Part shown: piece after piece, positions 25,993-39,339 of the stretch
Numbering within the stretch: the first letter of the stretch is position 1
How the letters are laid out: every line of letters starts with the position of its first letter
Source: Octopus vulgaris
Taxonomy: Eukaryota
Reading direction: 5' to 3'
Length of the DNA: 64,000 nt
NCBI GenBank assembly: GCA_951406725.2
Contig: OX597826.1
Location: 56,110,001-56,174,000, forward strand
The notes under the pieces: generated by a model
Told to the model about the DNA's origin: nothing
Databases searched by the model: none
The model's input: only the letters and a program-made list of their open reading frames with translations
Position numbers and translations under genes: made by a program

Positions 25993-26378
25993 CTAGCAGT
26001 ATCGCCCGGCGTTGCTCAGGTTTGTAAGGGAAATAACTATAAAGCATTTTTAGAGAGTTATAGCAAAAAAATAGCAAAGAAATGGAAAAAAAAATGATGG
26101 TAAATTTTTTTTGAGAGTTAAAAAAGGTCGAGTTGCGTCCCCTAGACAGTCTGTGGTTTGTGTTTCTGATTCTCGACCCCATGTCGAATTTATCGATTTT
26201 TTTCAGAACTGGGGGAACTTTTCAAAATTTTCGCTGCGTTAGTTTTGAATTATGACATTGGGCTATGTGTGTGTCAAGTTTCATCAGAATCGGTTGAAAG
26301 CCGTGGTCAGGGTGAGGGTACAACCAAACAGACACACAGAAACACACACAGACAAACTGCCGTTTATATAGAGAGAGA
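25993..26378 (-). mobile_element. Non-autonomous Helitron (Lep1-like architecture)
   Basis: Minus strand: A|TCTCTCTCTATATAAACGGCAG start, CTGT/GT microsatellite near the 5' end, subterminal hairpin CCTGAGCAACGCCGGG, then CTAG|T end; inserted between A and T with no TSD. Confidence 0.85.
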
Positions 26379-26589
26379 TTTCTAAAGAACACGGGAAAGT
26401 AAACTACAGTGGACTAAAGTGTATCACTGGTATTTCCTTCTATCGACTGAAAAAGGTTTCTCTTTAACGAAATTAGATATTGTAATGTAATTTCTCGATG
26501 CGGGTATTGTGCAGCCGTAGATAAACTCAAATTGAACATAGCTACAATCACTGGCATTCCATACGTGACATTCTCAACTTTTGTAACCA

Positions 26590-27645
26590 TAGGCGAAGGT
26601 GTGGCTGTGTGGTAAGAAGCTACCTTGCCAACTATATGGTTTTGGGCTCGGTCTCAGAGCGTTGCAACTTGGGTAAGTGTCTTCTGCTATGACCATGGAC
26701 TGACCATATCTTTGTGAGTGGATTTAGTAGACGGAAACTGAAAGAAGCATGTCGTATATATGTGGTCTGATTAATAAGTATCAGCTATAGTAACGAAGCT
26801 AAAACAAGCAGAGTGAACCTGCTTGGCACAGATTGATATTCAAATCTGTTGTTCAGGTACACTAAGTTTTAACGTTCTAGCTCACTTTCGTTGTTTACAG
26901 AAGTGCTTGGAAGGAAGGTGTGTATCGTGTAATCGTCGCATTGACCATGACAGAGAAAGCTGAAAAGAGGATTTGCATCAAATTTTGCCAAAATCTTGGC
27001 GATATCTGCTCAGAGGCCTGCGCAAAGTTTTCAAAAATTTTTATCCTTCTCGACGCAATCAAGGAGATCTTGTGCAACTGAAACCCGGGTGTCTTTTTGG
27101 TCAGCTGAAAGAAGTTTTGGCACAAACTTGGTAGACACGCATCTCATATCCAAATCTTCAGTGACAATGGACTGAACTGAACCGTAACTAATCTGCACAT
27201 TCTCTGATAACTCACGGGTGGTGATTCGACGATTTCCCTTCGCAGCTGCACGTACATCTGCGATGATTTTCTCAATTCTGCTAGATGCGTGTCTCACTGA
27301 ACGTTCGTCAATATCGACATTTTTTTTCTATCATCTTGGAAACGTCTGAACCACTCGTACACTTGTGTGCAGCTCATACACTCCTCTCCGTACACTTTCT
27401 GCAACTTTGCGTAAACCGCTGAGCAGGTATCGCCTGGGCAACTTTCTCAGTCATTGTCAATGCGACAATTACACGCTACACACCTTCCTTCCAAGCACTA
27501 ATGTAAACAGCAGAAGTGAGTTATGCCGTTAAAACTTAGTGCGTATGCAAAGCAGAGTTCAAAGTCAATCTCTGCCAAGCAGCTTGGCTTTGTATTCGTT
27601 AGCTTCGGTACTATTGCAACAATCCGATACTTATTGATCAGACCT

Positions 27646-27686
<41 letters not shown>

Positions 27687-27885
27687 CACCGCTTGACAAC
27701 TGCTCTTTGTGTGTTTACGTCCACCTAACTTACGGTTCGGCAAAAGAAATCGATAAAATAAATACCATGCTTGTAAAAACAAGTACTGGGATGGATTAAT
27801 TTTACTAAAAATTCTTCAAAGTGGTGCCTCAGCATGGCTGCAGTCTAATGACAGAAATGAGTAAAAGATAAAGGATAAAGTTAAA
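26590..27885 (+). mobile_element. SINE family A split by a mariner derivative at its internal TA tract
   Basis: 5' half 26590-26760 and 3' half 27648-27885 join seamlessly around the insert. Confidence 0.82.
26761..27647 (-). mobile_element. Mariner deletion derivative built from two 5' ends (~250-bp inverted arms)
   Basis: Termini TGTGGTCTGATTAATAAGTATC / GATACTTATTGATCAGACCTCA; both arms include the transposase ATG (26947 +, MTEKAEKRICIKFCQNLG; 27454 -); minus strand continues VYEWFRRFQ...RRITTRELSE...KFVPKLLS (HTH region). Confidence 0.88.
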
Positions 27886-29229
27886 AGATACTTATAACTC
27901 GGAATTCCGAGTTCGAATCACGACAATTTGAACTTTGCTTATAAATTTTTTTTCAGGGTTATCAAAAAACAAAAGGCACCAGCACCAGTGTAGTGAACTG
28001 GTTCTGATGCTTTGCGGTATTTGATTCTTTCCATCCTGAGTTCAAACCCCGTTATAACTTACTTCGAGTGGGATAGGTTTATTCCGTCACCCGGTTGAAT
28101 ATCACCGCCGAGCAATCAGGGTGTCTTTAGTGGAGTCTACTCTGTTGAAAACATTCCAGGCAGGTCTCTGGTTTGATGATATACTTTCCTTCCTCCCTCC
28201 CTCCCTTCCTTCCTTCCTTCCTTCCTTCCTTCCTTCCTTCTTTCCTTCCTCCTACAAGTGTTCGAGTTACTGTCAGGGATCATGAGTATTGTGTTACTTC
28301 CTCACTAAAAGCATAAACATCCTTACATTACGAACATTACATGTGGAGACGATATCTTTCTATGTGGTAGTGGTAATGTTGTAATTATTGTTCTTATTGC
28401 TGCTGCTGTTGCTGTTGTTGTTGTTGTCATATGTAACTCAGGATTAGGTATGACCTGGTGTTGATTTTTAAAGATGGTAGGGCGTTATTTGAGATATATT
28501 TGACTGTTGTTTCTAGCATTTAAAGTAACGAATTAGAAGCTCCTTTTTTTCCTTCATATATGACAATGTTCTGTTGTTAGTGATTAAGAAGTTGATGTTA
28601 ATTATGACCGTAGTAATCATGTCGTTGGTGATAGATAGAAAAATCGAATTGTTAACCTCACGAACATAAATTCTCCAGCCATGACCATCCCTGTCTTTTA
28701 AGATACTATGAATATGCCATGCCGTGGGCCTTTATTTCCTTGAGAACATTCTAGATGTGTCGTCGTGATATATGTCGTATCTTGGGCATTTTAAAATTCG
28801 ACAGGGGCCATCCAACTCTAGGTCTGACTTCAGTTGCTTTCTTCCTGAAGCAGAAAGAGACAAAGCCAAAAGAATGACTGAAACAAAGAGAAAGATCGAT
28901 CCCAGTACAGGACCGGTGCTTTATTTATGGACCCTGAAAGGCTGTAAGTCAAATTTGAGAGTCAAAATAGGTATTGAGTCACAAGGTCTAACAATTCTGA
29001 ATACGTTGAAATGAGTTGGTTCAATCCGCCTTACAATGATCCAGCATTGCATTAGGAGTTTTTAGTCGAACACCTCACTGTACTCTCTGCAGCTTGCAGT
29101 GGTGGATTGTTTGAGGACTAGAGTTCTTTCGTTCTCTTTCTATTTCTTTATCCCCCACTCTCTATCTATCCGTCTATCTATCAAAATATCTACCTACATA
29201 ACTCTCTGTCAATGTCTCTCTCTCTCTCT

Positions 29230-29624
29230 CTCTCTTTTACCTGTTTCAATCATTTGACTGCGGCCATGCTGGAGCACCGCATTTAATCGAACAAATCGAC
29301 CCCGGGACTTATTCTTTGTAAGCCCAGTACTTATTCTATCGGTCTCTTTTGCCGAACCGCTAAATTACGGGGACATAAACACACCAGCATCGGTTGTCAA
29401 GCAATGCTAGGGGGACAAACACAGACACACAAACATACACGCACACACATATATATATACATATATACGACGGCCTTCTTTCAGTTTCCGTCTACCAAAA
29501 CCACTCACAAGGCTTTGGTCGGCTATAGCAGAAGACACTTGCCCAAGGTGCCACGCAGTGGGACTGAACCTGGAACCATGTGGTTGGTAAGCATGCTACT
29601 TACCACACAGCCACTCCTGCGCCT
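29230..29624 (-). mobile_element. SINE family A, full length
   Basis: Reverse complement of 845-1231. Confidence 0.9.
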
Positions 29625-30268
29625 ATGTATCAATCTACTAATCAATCTACTAATCTATCTACCTACATACTTGTCTGTCAATTTAACAATCCCCCTATCT
29701 ATCTACTATGAGTGATTTTGTGTTTTCTAAGCACAACCCTACTCTACTCTCTCCACCTTACACAGCGGTTGATTACATGAGAAGTGCGCCATTTTTTCCA
29801 GTTGCTCCCTCCGTCGTCTTCCCTCTTTCGACCTGCCTCATTCTCCCTCTAGCCAACTTTCTCCCTCACCCACTCTCTCTCAATCTCTCTCTCTCTTTCT
29901 CCTATATCTCTTTCCCCCACTCTCCATTATATATCTGTGTGCGTGTGTGTGTATGCATGTATATATATATATATACATGTATGTATCTATCTGTTTCTGT
30001 GTCAAGTTTCTATCTGTATTCCCTTAACAAGTTGGACTTCGTCGGATAGCGATATTGGTCTTTTTGTTGCTTTTTTGTTGTTGTTAGTGGTGGTGGTGGT
30101 GGTGGTGGTGCTATTGTTATTCTTGACGTAGATTGTGTCATTGCTATGGGTGTATGTGGTAACGATGGCAACTAGATATTAGTGATAATACTAGCTATAT
30201 GTAGGTAATTGAACTACTAATAGACTGGGGTTGGGAAGAAGGAAGAATGACGTGTGTGTGTGTGCATA

Positions 30269-30320
<52 letters not shown>

Positions 30321-30427
30321 TATACACAAATGTTTATATATGTGTATGTATGTATACATATATATGCATATAAGCACGCATATGTATGATGTTCTGTCGG
30401 TAAGTATGTGTGTGTGTATTTGTGAAG

Positions 30428-30461
<34 letters not shown>

Positions 30462-31204
30462 TAAGAAAGACAAAGTATGTGATCGATGGCTTGATAAAGT
30501 GAGAAGAGAGAAATAGATGAAATGATAAAGGAAGAAAGAGACGAGGAGAAGAGGGAAAGAATGTGAACGAGATGGAATGATAAAATCAGACAGAGAGAGG
30601 CAAACAGACAGACAGAGAGAACGAGATGGTGATGATTATGTTAATAGCTGTCGTTTTTACAGCTACATTGACTGATCAGAGAAAGAAATAGATTAGATAA
30701 TTAGACAGGTTTGGTGATATTCGAGCTTTGGTAAAAGCATTCAAAAATAATGGTAAGTCGCTTCCATGGAGAAATTCTCCTTAGGATTTAGTGATAGAAA
30801 TCACCTCTTACTACTTCCTTTATCAACAAGATGCTCTAAGAACCAGTAGATCAATAGATGTGTGATAAACTTTACCAATAAATTTGATGATGGCATAGCA
30901 CTCCATAACTGTGAGAAATTTAGATACTGTGCGAATTCTGCCGTTGTTTTGCGTACACTGTTCTCAGTAGTAGTGCTAAATGGGGGGGGGGGGAGTAGAC
31001 AGAAAGACCGAGAGAAAGAGAGAGAGATGAGAGATGCGACAGAGGTAGTATATGTGTGTGTGTGTGTACATTTCTGTGAGAGGAAAATGTAGAAAATGCA
31101 ACAGAGACATAAAAAGAAAATATGGTGGAAAATATAATTAGACAAAGAGAGCAAATGAGTCTAAAAGAACTTTTATGGAAAAGAATGGTGAAGTGGAAGA
31201 GAAA

Positions 31205-31243
31205 GAGGAGGAGGAGGAGGAAGAAGAAGAGGAGGAGGAGGAA

Positions 31244-31290
<47 letters not shown>

Positions 31291-31408
31291 AGAAGAAGAA
31301 GAAGAAGAAGAAGAAGAAGAAGAAGAAGAAGAAGAAGAAGAAGAAGAAGAAGAAGAAGAAGAAGAAGAAGAAGAAGAAGAAGAAGAAGAAGAAGAAGAAG
31401 AAGAAGAA
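31205..31408. repeat. (GAG)n/(GAA)n microsatellite
   Basis: Read directly from the sequence. Confidence 0.95.
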
Positions 31409-31477
31409 ATGACAACGAACGACGAATAGGTTTAGGAAAACAATGATGTTAAAGAGAGAAAGAGTATAGAGTACATA

Positions 31478-31508
<31 letters not shown>

Positions 31509-31712
31509 TATGTATGTATGTATGTATGTATGTATGTATGTATGTATGTATGTATGTATGTATATACCCTTTCTCTCTCTTTAACATCAATGCTGACGAA
31601 CCAACCATTCAAAAGACTGTACTGCTAATAGTAGCATTTGCGAATGACATGATACACACATTTACATACATACATGCATGCGTACATCCATATATATCTA
31701 TATATATATATG

Positions 31713-31798
31713 TATCCAGAGGTAATGCAGTGCGATCGTTTCAGGCGAAACGATCGTACTGCATTACCTTTGGATATCCTTGTTGCTTATTTTGATTT

Positions 31799-31800
<2 letters not shown>
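31713..31800 (+). mobile_element. 5'-inverted fragment of the hammerhead element family seen at 50842
   Basis: 30-bp arms 31713-31742 / 31747-31776 with 2 mismatches; the right arm starts GAAACGATCGTA^CTGCAT (hammerhead 3' half), and its continuation matches the reverse complement of 50842-50892. Confidence 0.8.
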
Positions 31801-31832
<32 letters not shown>

Positions 31833-31934
31833 TGTATGTATGTATGTATGTATGTATGTATGTATGTATGTATGTATGTATGTATGTATGTATGTATGTA
31901 TGTATGTATGTATGTATGTATGTATATGTATACC

Positions 31935-33113
31935 AGCTGAATAAAGTTAAAACATGATCTGGTTTTCACGTTTTTTATTATGGTATTTTACGATTTAAAA
32001 AATATATTTTGTAATGCCCATAAAGTTGAATTGGCGCATTCATACATAGAATAATCATCAGATTTCAAATGTGTTTTTGTGTTCTTGAAAACTTTAGTAC
32101 CTTTCAGAACGCTCCACAAGCTGAATTTTTAGAATACGTTTTTAACCAATCCGCTTGCTGCTTAAACATCGCGGTTTGCCAGGTGTACCGATATTCTGTA
32201 ATTTGTTTATATTTATATGCTAGAGCTATGTTTTAATCAACATCATTAACTGGTAGTTATAGTATTGCTCGAGAACTGGCAAAAGAACTTCAAGTTAGCT
32301 AGAAAACTGCCTGCAACCATTTGCATGCGATCGGAAATTTTTTTTAAAAGCCACATAAATGGGTACCACACGATTTGAATGAAAATCTGAAAATCCGCAG
32401 ATACGAAATTTGCTAGTCCGTAACAGACCGATCCATTTCTCGACCGTATTGTAACTTGCGATGAAAAGTGGATTTTGTGCAAAAATAAAGAATGTTCTTC
32501 GGAGTGGTTGGACTAAAAACGAAGCAACGAAAACCTTCCCTAAACTCAAGCTCTTCAAAAAGAACGTTATGGTGTCTATTTGGTAGTGTACTACTGGACT
32601 CATCCTCTTTTACTTCTTAAAACCTAGAAAAACCATTACTACAGAAACATGAAATTGCCATGAGATTGCTAAAATGAACCAAAAACTGCTACTCTTCCGC
32701 CCCAGACTGGTCAACAGAAGAGGGCCAATCATTTTTCATGACAATGCCCGACCACACATTTCACTATTAACGCTCCAGAAGTTGTGGGAACTTGGCTACG
32801 AATTTCTTTCCCACCAATCTTTTTCCCCGGACCTTTCCCATACCGACTAACACTTTTTCAAACACCATGATGGTTTCCTGTGAGAGAAGGAGTTAAAAAA
32901 TCAAACTGATGCTGAAAGTGCGTTCAAAGAGTTCATCAGCTCCAGAATTCCAGACTTTTATGTTACCGGAATAAAAAAACTTGTAACTCATTGGCAAAAA
33001 TGCGTTCATTGTAATGGTACTTATTTTGATGAATAAAATTTCTATATTGTTGAAATATATTGTGATGAATTTCATGTTTCAAAATGTTGGTTACGTTTTT
33101 CCCAAGCCTGATA
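31935..33113 (+). mobile_element. Mariner (DD34D) transposon, decayed; probably cecropia/Hsmar1-like
   Basis: [61 protein letters not shown]; right TIR GGTTACGTTTTTCCCAAGCCTGATA|TA. Left TIR not recognisable. Confidence 0.92.
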
Positions 33114-33123
33114 TATGTATTAG

Positions 33124-33224
<101 letters not shown>

Positions 33225-33322
33225 TATATATGTATATATATGTATGTATGTATGTATGTATATGCTCTTTCTCTCTTTAACATCATTCTACTTTCCTAAA
33301 CCTATTTGTTATTCATTTTGTC

Positions 33323-33353
<31 letters not shown>

Positions 33354-33810
33354 CTTCTTCTTCTTCTTCTCGTCCTCCTCCTCCTTTCCACCTTCATCCT
33401 TCTCGTCGTCCTCCTCCTCTACTTCACCATTCTTTCCATAAAAATTCTTTTAGGCATAACAGATGACCCAATGTAGAAAGGAGTTATTCGACTTTAGCCT
33501 GTCGAGAATTACAGGCTCATAAGACCAAGAGTACAAAAACCTTCTCCTCTTGAACGGGACTTTAATTGGTCGATGGGTTAATACCCAGCTATTGCTGGTA
33601 TTCATTGTCACTAGGTTCTGCACTCTAAGGCTTTCCACATTTCGTCATAAATTCAATAAATTAGTAACAAAACTTAGAAACAATTTAAAAGCCTAGAAAT
33701 TGATAAAAGGAACCTAGAAGTGTGTAAAAAGTTTTTAGGGAAGGCGTACAAGCGTACAACTAAAGAAGGATATAAGGACAAGAAGTGAAAAGTGAAACAT
33801 TCTTACTTAC

Positions 33811-34074
33811 TTTCGTTTTGGGATTTGGTTTGCAAGATTCTTTATGTGAGTTCGTGTGTTGAAGCATATTCTGTTGTGTCTGGGGAGTCTTGACTATTTT
33901 ACTCATCAGTAAAATAGTCTTGACTATTTTACTCACCGGTCTTGACTGTTAAAAAGGTTGCAAGACGCAACGAGAATTTTAGGAAAATAAAAACAAGGAA
34001 TAAGTGGAAATTTTACCGGTGAGTGAGTTGAATTATAAGGTACACAAAGAAAATGACTCACCCCAGACAACAGA
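33811..34074. mobile_element. Short insert with inverted arms and 12-bp TSD (Penelope-like geometry, no hammerhead retained)
   Basis: ATTCTTACTTAC at 33799-33810 and 34075-34086; ATTCTGTTGTGTCTGGGGAGTC inverted against GACTCACCCCAGACAACAGAAT. Confidence 0.65.
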
Positions 34075-34200
34075 ATTCTTACTTACGTGCTGATAAAAAA
34101 GGCTGACGGAAGTGACAAAGAGGAACAAAGTTGTTCTTTACGGAGAGATAAATGGCTGAGGTCAGTAGAAAAAAGTGTGCAGGTGTGTAATGGATACATG

Positions 34201-34652
34201 TAATTAGTTAGTTAGTTAGTTAATTTGGCTCAAAAGCAAATAGCAAGGCCATGTAGGGGGGGTGCATGGAGTTAAGTACAGGGTGGTGTTCATGTAAAGA
34301 GTTCAGGCCACTTGAGGTCAAGGGAGGCTTTGAACAAAGCGGTCGTCGGCATCTTCACCATCTCGTCTGGCAGCTTGTTCCACGGATCCGCAACCCGGAC
34401 GGAGAAAGCTCCTCTCCTTCGATTGAGATGAAATCGTCGCAGGTAGAGCTTTTCGGAATGACCCGCAGCCGACGCTCTGGAGCAGGAGTGAAGAACAGCT
34501 CTTTCGAGAGGTTACACTTTCCGCTTATGATGTTGTGGGCGAGAATGAGATCACCACGGCGGCGGCGTTTTTCAAGAGAATAAAGGTCGAGCGTCTTCAG
34601 CCTTTCTTCATAGGACAATTTTTTGAGACCATGAACCATGCGGGTAGCCAAT
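34201..34652 (-). mobile_element. CR1-type LINE 3' end
   Basis: ATRMVHGLKKLSYEERLKTLDLYSLEKRRRRGDLI...FSVRVADPWNKLPDEMV...FKASLD, a classic CR1 ORF2 C-terminus; (CTAA)n tail. Confidence 0.93.
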
Positions 34653-34802
34653 TGAGTGAGTAGCGGTCAAGCAGAGGTGAGGTGGAAGAGAGAATTGGTG
34701 ATTTAATGGTGACCATCAAAACAAAGTGAGCTGAGGTGCAGGAGAATGTAGGTGTGTCCTTGTGGTAGGTGCGTACGTGAGAGTGAAGAATAGATGCATC
34801 CA

Positions 34803-35070
34803 CAGCGTCGGCTGCGGGGTCACTCCGGAAAGCTCTATCTGCGACGATTTCATCTCAATTGAAGGAGAGGGGCTTTCTCCGTCCGGGTTGCAGATCAGTG
34901 GAATAAGCTGCCGAACGAGATAGTGAAGATGCCGACGACCGCTCGGTTCAAAGTCTCTCTTCACTAGATATGGCCTGAACTCTTTGCATTAACACCCTCC
35001 CTGTACATAACTCCATGTTCCCCTACATGGCCTTGCTCTTTGCTTTTTGAGCTAAAACATTAACTTAACT
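34803..35070 (+). mobile_element. CR1-type LINE 3' end, second copy in inverted orientation
   Basis: Homologous to about 34225-34478 on the opposite strand; ends TTAACTTAACTTA. Confidence 0.9.
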
Positions 35071-35712
35071 TATATGACCACGAGATGGTGGATGTGTGTG
35101 GAAAACACAAGACGGTGGGTGAGTAGAGGGATATGGGTGTGTGAGAGTGATAGTGAGTGGTAAGATGTATCTGTGAGATATTGCCAGTGAATTTGCGTAC
35201 AAGTGATTGTGTCTCTGTGAATATTTGAGCTATAGGTGTGAGTGTGTGTGTATATTCATGACTGTGTATATTCAAGTGTGTGTGTTTGTGTGTATTCACG
35301 TCAGATTGTGTGCACATGTGTGTGAACATATATGTGTAAATGAAAGGAGAGAGGTGACAAGTAGGATGTGTTTGTAAATGAGTGTAAGTATGTGCATGTG
35401 GAAGCTGTGACTTAACATATGTGGAAGATGCGAGTGAGGCTGAAAAGAAGGCGGTGAGTAGTGGAGAGGCAGAGTGGAGTAGTGGAGAGGCAGAGTGGAG
35501 TATCGGAGATAGAGGAGAGGTAAGGTATGTATAGTAAACACTGCAGTGTGTGGGTTAGCTGAGGCACAGATGGGGCCACAGTGGAATGGCAAAGGAAATA
35601 AAAGTATGTGTAAATCTGGAGCAGGTTTAGAGGAGTTGGAGTTCAGATGAATTTAGATGAATTTAGGTGAATTTAGGTGAATTTAAGCCAAAAGCTGCAT
35701 AAGTTTTTCAGA

Positions 35713-35926
<214 letters not shown>

Positions 35927-36018
35927 ATTATGTATGTATGTACATGTGTATATATGTATATATGTATATGTATGTATATATGTATATGTATGTATATATG
36001 TATATATGTATATATGTA

Positions 36019-36071
<53 letters not shown>

Positions 36072-36788
36072 GTGTATATATATAAATGTATGTATATATG
36101 TATGTATATATATAGGTAGGTATGTATAAATAAATAGATAGATCTTTACATACAAAACATAAATACATATATCTTTATATATATATATATATATACATAC
36201 ATATTGAAAGATAGATATAAACACACACACACACTCACACACACATGGATGTATGCACGTACGGTGCTGAATACCATCTAATATACAAAGACAAGCATAT
36301 TGTAAAGATCCACATTTCTACTTGTTTTGTATATAAGTTCTATTACTTCTTCACCTCACCTCACACCCCCAACCACCGTCTCCATTTCATCTTCTCTCCC
36401 TCCTCCATATCTCCGTTCTTTGTTAATCATATTGCTTCTCCTCCCCTTTCCTCACCTCCGTTTGATTTGAGTGAATGAAATACCACCACCCTCCATACAA
36501 ATTTGTAACCTTTTGCTGATGTAACAAATCATTTTTATGAACAAAGATTTTATATACACACATATACACAAACGTGCGCGCACGAACACGCATACATATT
36601 TATATATATATGATATCATAAATGTATGTATTTATACATATATATATAAAAATATATACATATATATATTTTTTCATTTCTATGTATGCATGTACACATA
36701 CATATATATATACACACCCATACACATATATTTTTATATATACATACATGAATGTGTGTAAACACAAAACAACACTTTTGTGTATATT

Positions 36789-36826
<38 letters not shown>

Positions 36827-36991
36827 CGTACACAAAAATATACACACTGGTACAAATATATTCATATACTTACATTCATTCATATGTATATATATATGTA
36901 TACAAGTGTATGTATGTATATATATGTGTGCATGTGTGTATTTGTGTGTGTGTGTGTAGAGTGTGTATGTATGTATACATATATATGTATA

Positions 36992-37046
<55 letters not shown>

Positions 37047-37549
37047 ATGTATGCATATTTCTATGTATTCTTGCATACATGTATATGTATATGTATGTTT
37101 GTATGTATGTATGTATGTATGTATGCTGCATGTATGTATGTATGCATGTATATCGGAAAAACATTTTCTTTCATTCATATTCAGATTCCTTCTAAAGATA
37201 TCCAAATTTGATATATATATTTATAAATCCTCGCATAGCTGCTTGTGTAGATGTTTGTTTCTGAGCGTGTGCATGAGCGACCGTGTGTGTGTGCGTGCGC
37301 ACGCATGCATGTGTTTGGTTGTCTACATCAATAATATTTCATTAAGAAAATTATGTCCACCATCTTAGTGAATGCAAAGTATGCGACTACATGAAATATA
37401 GGCCACGGAACAATGCCTTACATACATCATACTGATGCTATTTAAGTACACGGAACAGCAGTGGGGGCTCCTCCAACTAGACATTTTTAAATATGATATA
37501 TATACGGCGAATGTATTATATATGTATGTGTATCTATATACATATATAT

Positions 37550-38112
<563 letters not shown>

Positions 38113-38140
38113 CACGCAAACATATACGTATATACATACA

Positions 38141-38400
38141 TCGGACCTCCAAGCCTCCAGAAACAGCTGTTAGACTCGTAAAATTCAACCTATTTCACTC
38201 CTGGTATAATTTATGTTCTTTGTAAGTTGGACTATTTTATATCCATATACCAGTACATTTTTCAGTATTAAATGCATTTCATATTCTGCATAAATTGACT
38301 TGCCTAACTTGATTGTCCTTACATTTACTCCTCTCTTGAACACTACAAAATATATTCTATATGGACAACACCTGTCCCTAACTTATAAAACGATATAATG
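38141..38400 (+). mobile_element. 5'-truncated hammerhead-type insert (3' half of core only)
   Basis: GAAACAGCTGTTAGA near 38160 parallels GAAACAGCTGTAAGA at 54254; AT-rich tail; lies between microsatellites. Confidence 0.5.
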
Positions 38401-38420
38401 TGTGTGTGTGTACGTATACA

Positions 38421-38494
<74 letters not shown>

Positions 38495-38497
<3 letters not shown>

Positions 38498-38650
38498 ATA
38501 GAAATGGCAAGACAACAAAAGAATGAAAGAGACCTCGATATTATGTAAATAGAGGAATTTTATCTGTAAATATAATGTGACAATTATTCGGTAGCCATGA
38601 TTAAACTTCGACATCCGAAACTCGTAGTTTAATCATGGCTGTATTACCGA
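38495..38650 (-). mobile_element. Insert in (TA)n with terminal fold-back and hammerhead half core
   Basis: AGCCATGATTAAACT (38593-607) / AGTTTAATCATGGCT (38626-640) perfect inverted repeat around CATCCGAAACTCGTA; flanked on both sides by (TA)n. Confidence 0.62.
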
Positions 38651-38660
38651 TATATATGTA

Positions 38661-38731
<71 letters not shown>

Positions 38732-38759
38732 GGTTATGTCATATATATATGTATTTACC

Positions 38760-38803
<44 letters not shown>

Positions 38804-38946
38804 CTTATATATATATATATATATATATACGTGGCATATATATATATATATATATATAGTTTGTATGGTTGTATGTATATATATACATATATGTATATGA
38901 CCCTCCAGGATTTTATATATATATATGCCTCCCTCCAGGGAGAAGA

Positions 38947-38983
<37 letters not shown>

Positions 38984-39339
38984 TATATACTTATACATAT
39001 ATATACATATATATACACAGACATATATACGTATATAAACCCATAGATATAGGTATTTGTCTATAAAATTATACATATCTGTATATACATGTGCATATGT
39101 GTTTGTATGTGGGAAGGTATGAGTACGCATATATGTTTGTGTATGTGTACATGTCTAACTTCACGTATACATACATATATGTACATGCCACCCTTCTTTT
39201 CAACCTCGGTCAAGCCTGCTTGACGAAACCACTGGCAGCTACGATTTACTACACTTCGTATTCCCATTATAAAGTTAGAAGATGTGTAAGCAGCTTGAAC
39301 AATATAAAAATGCGTTTGTAACTTCCAAGAATAAAACTA

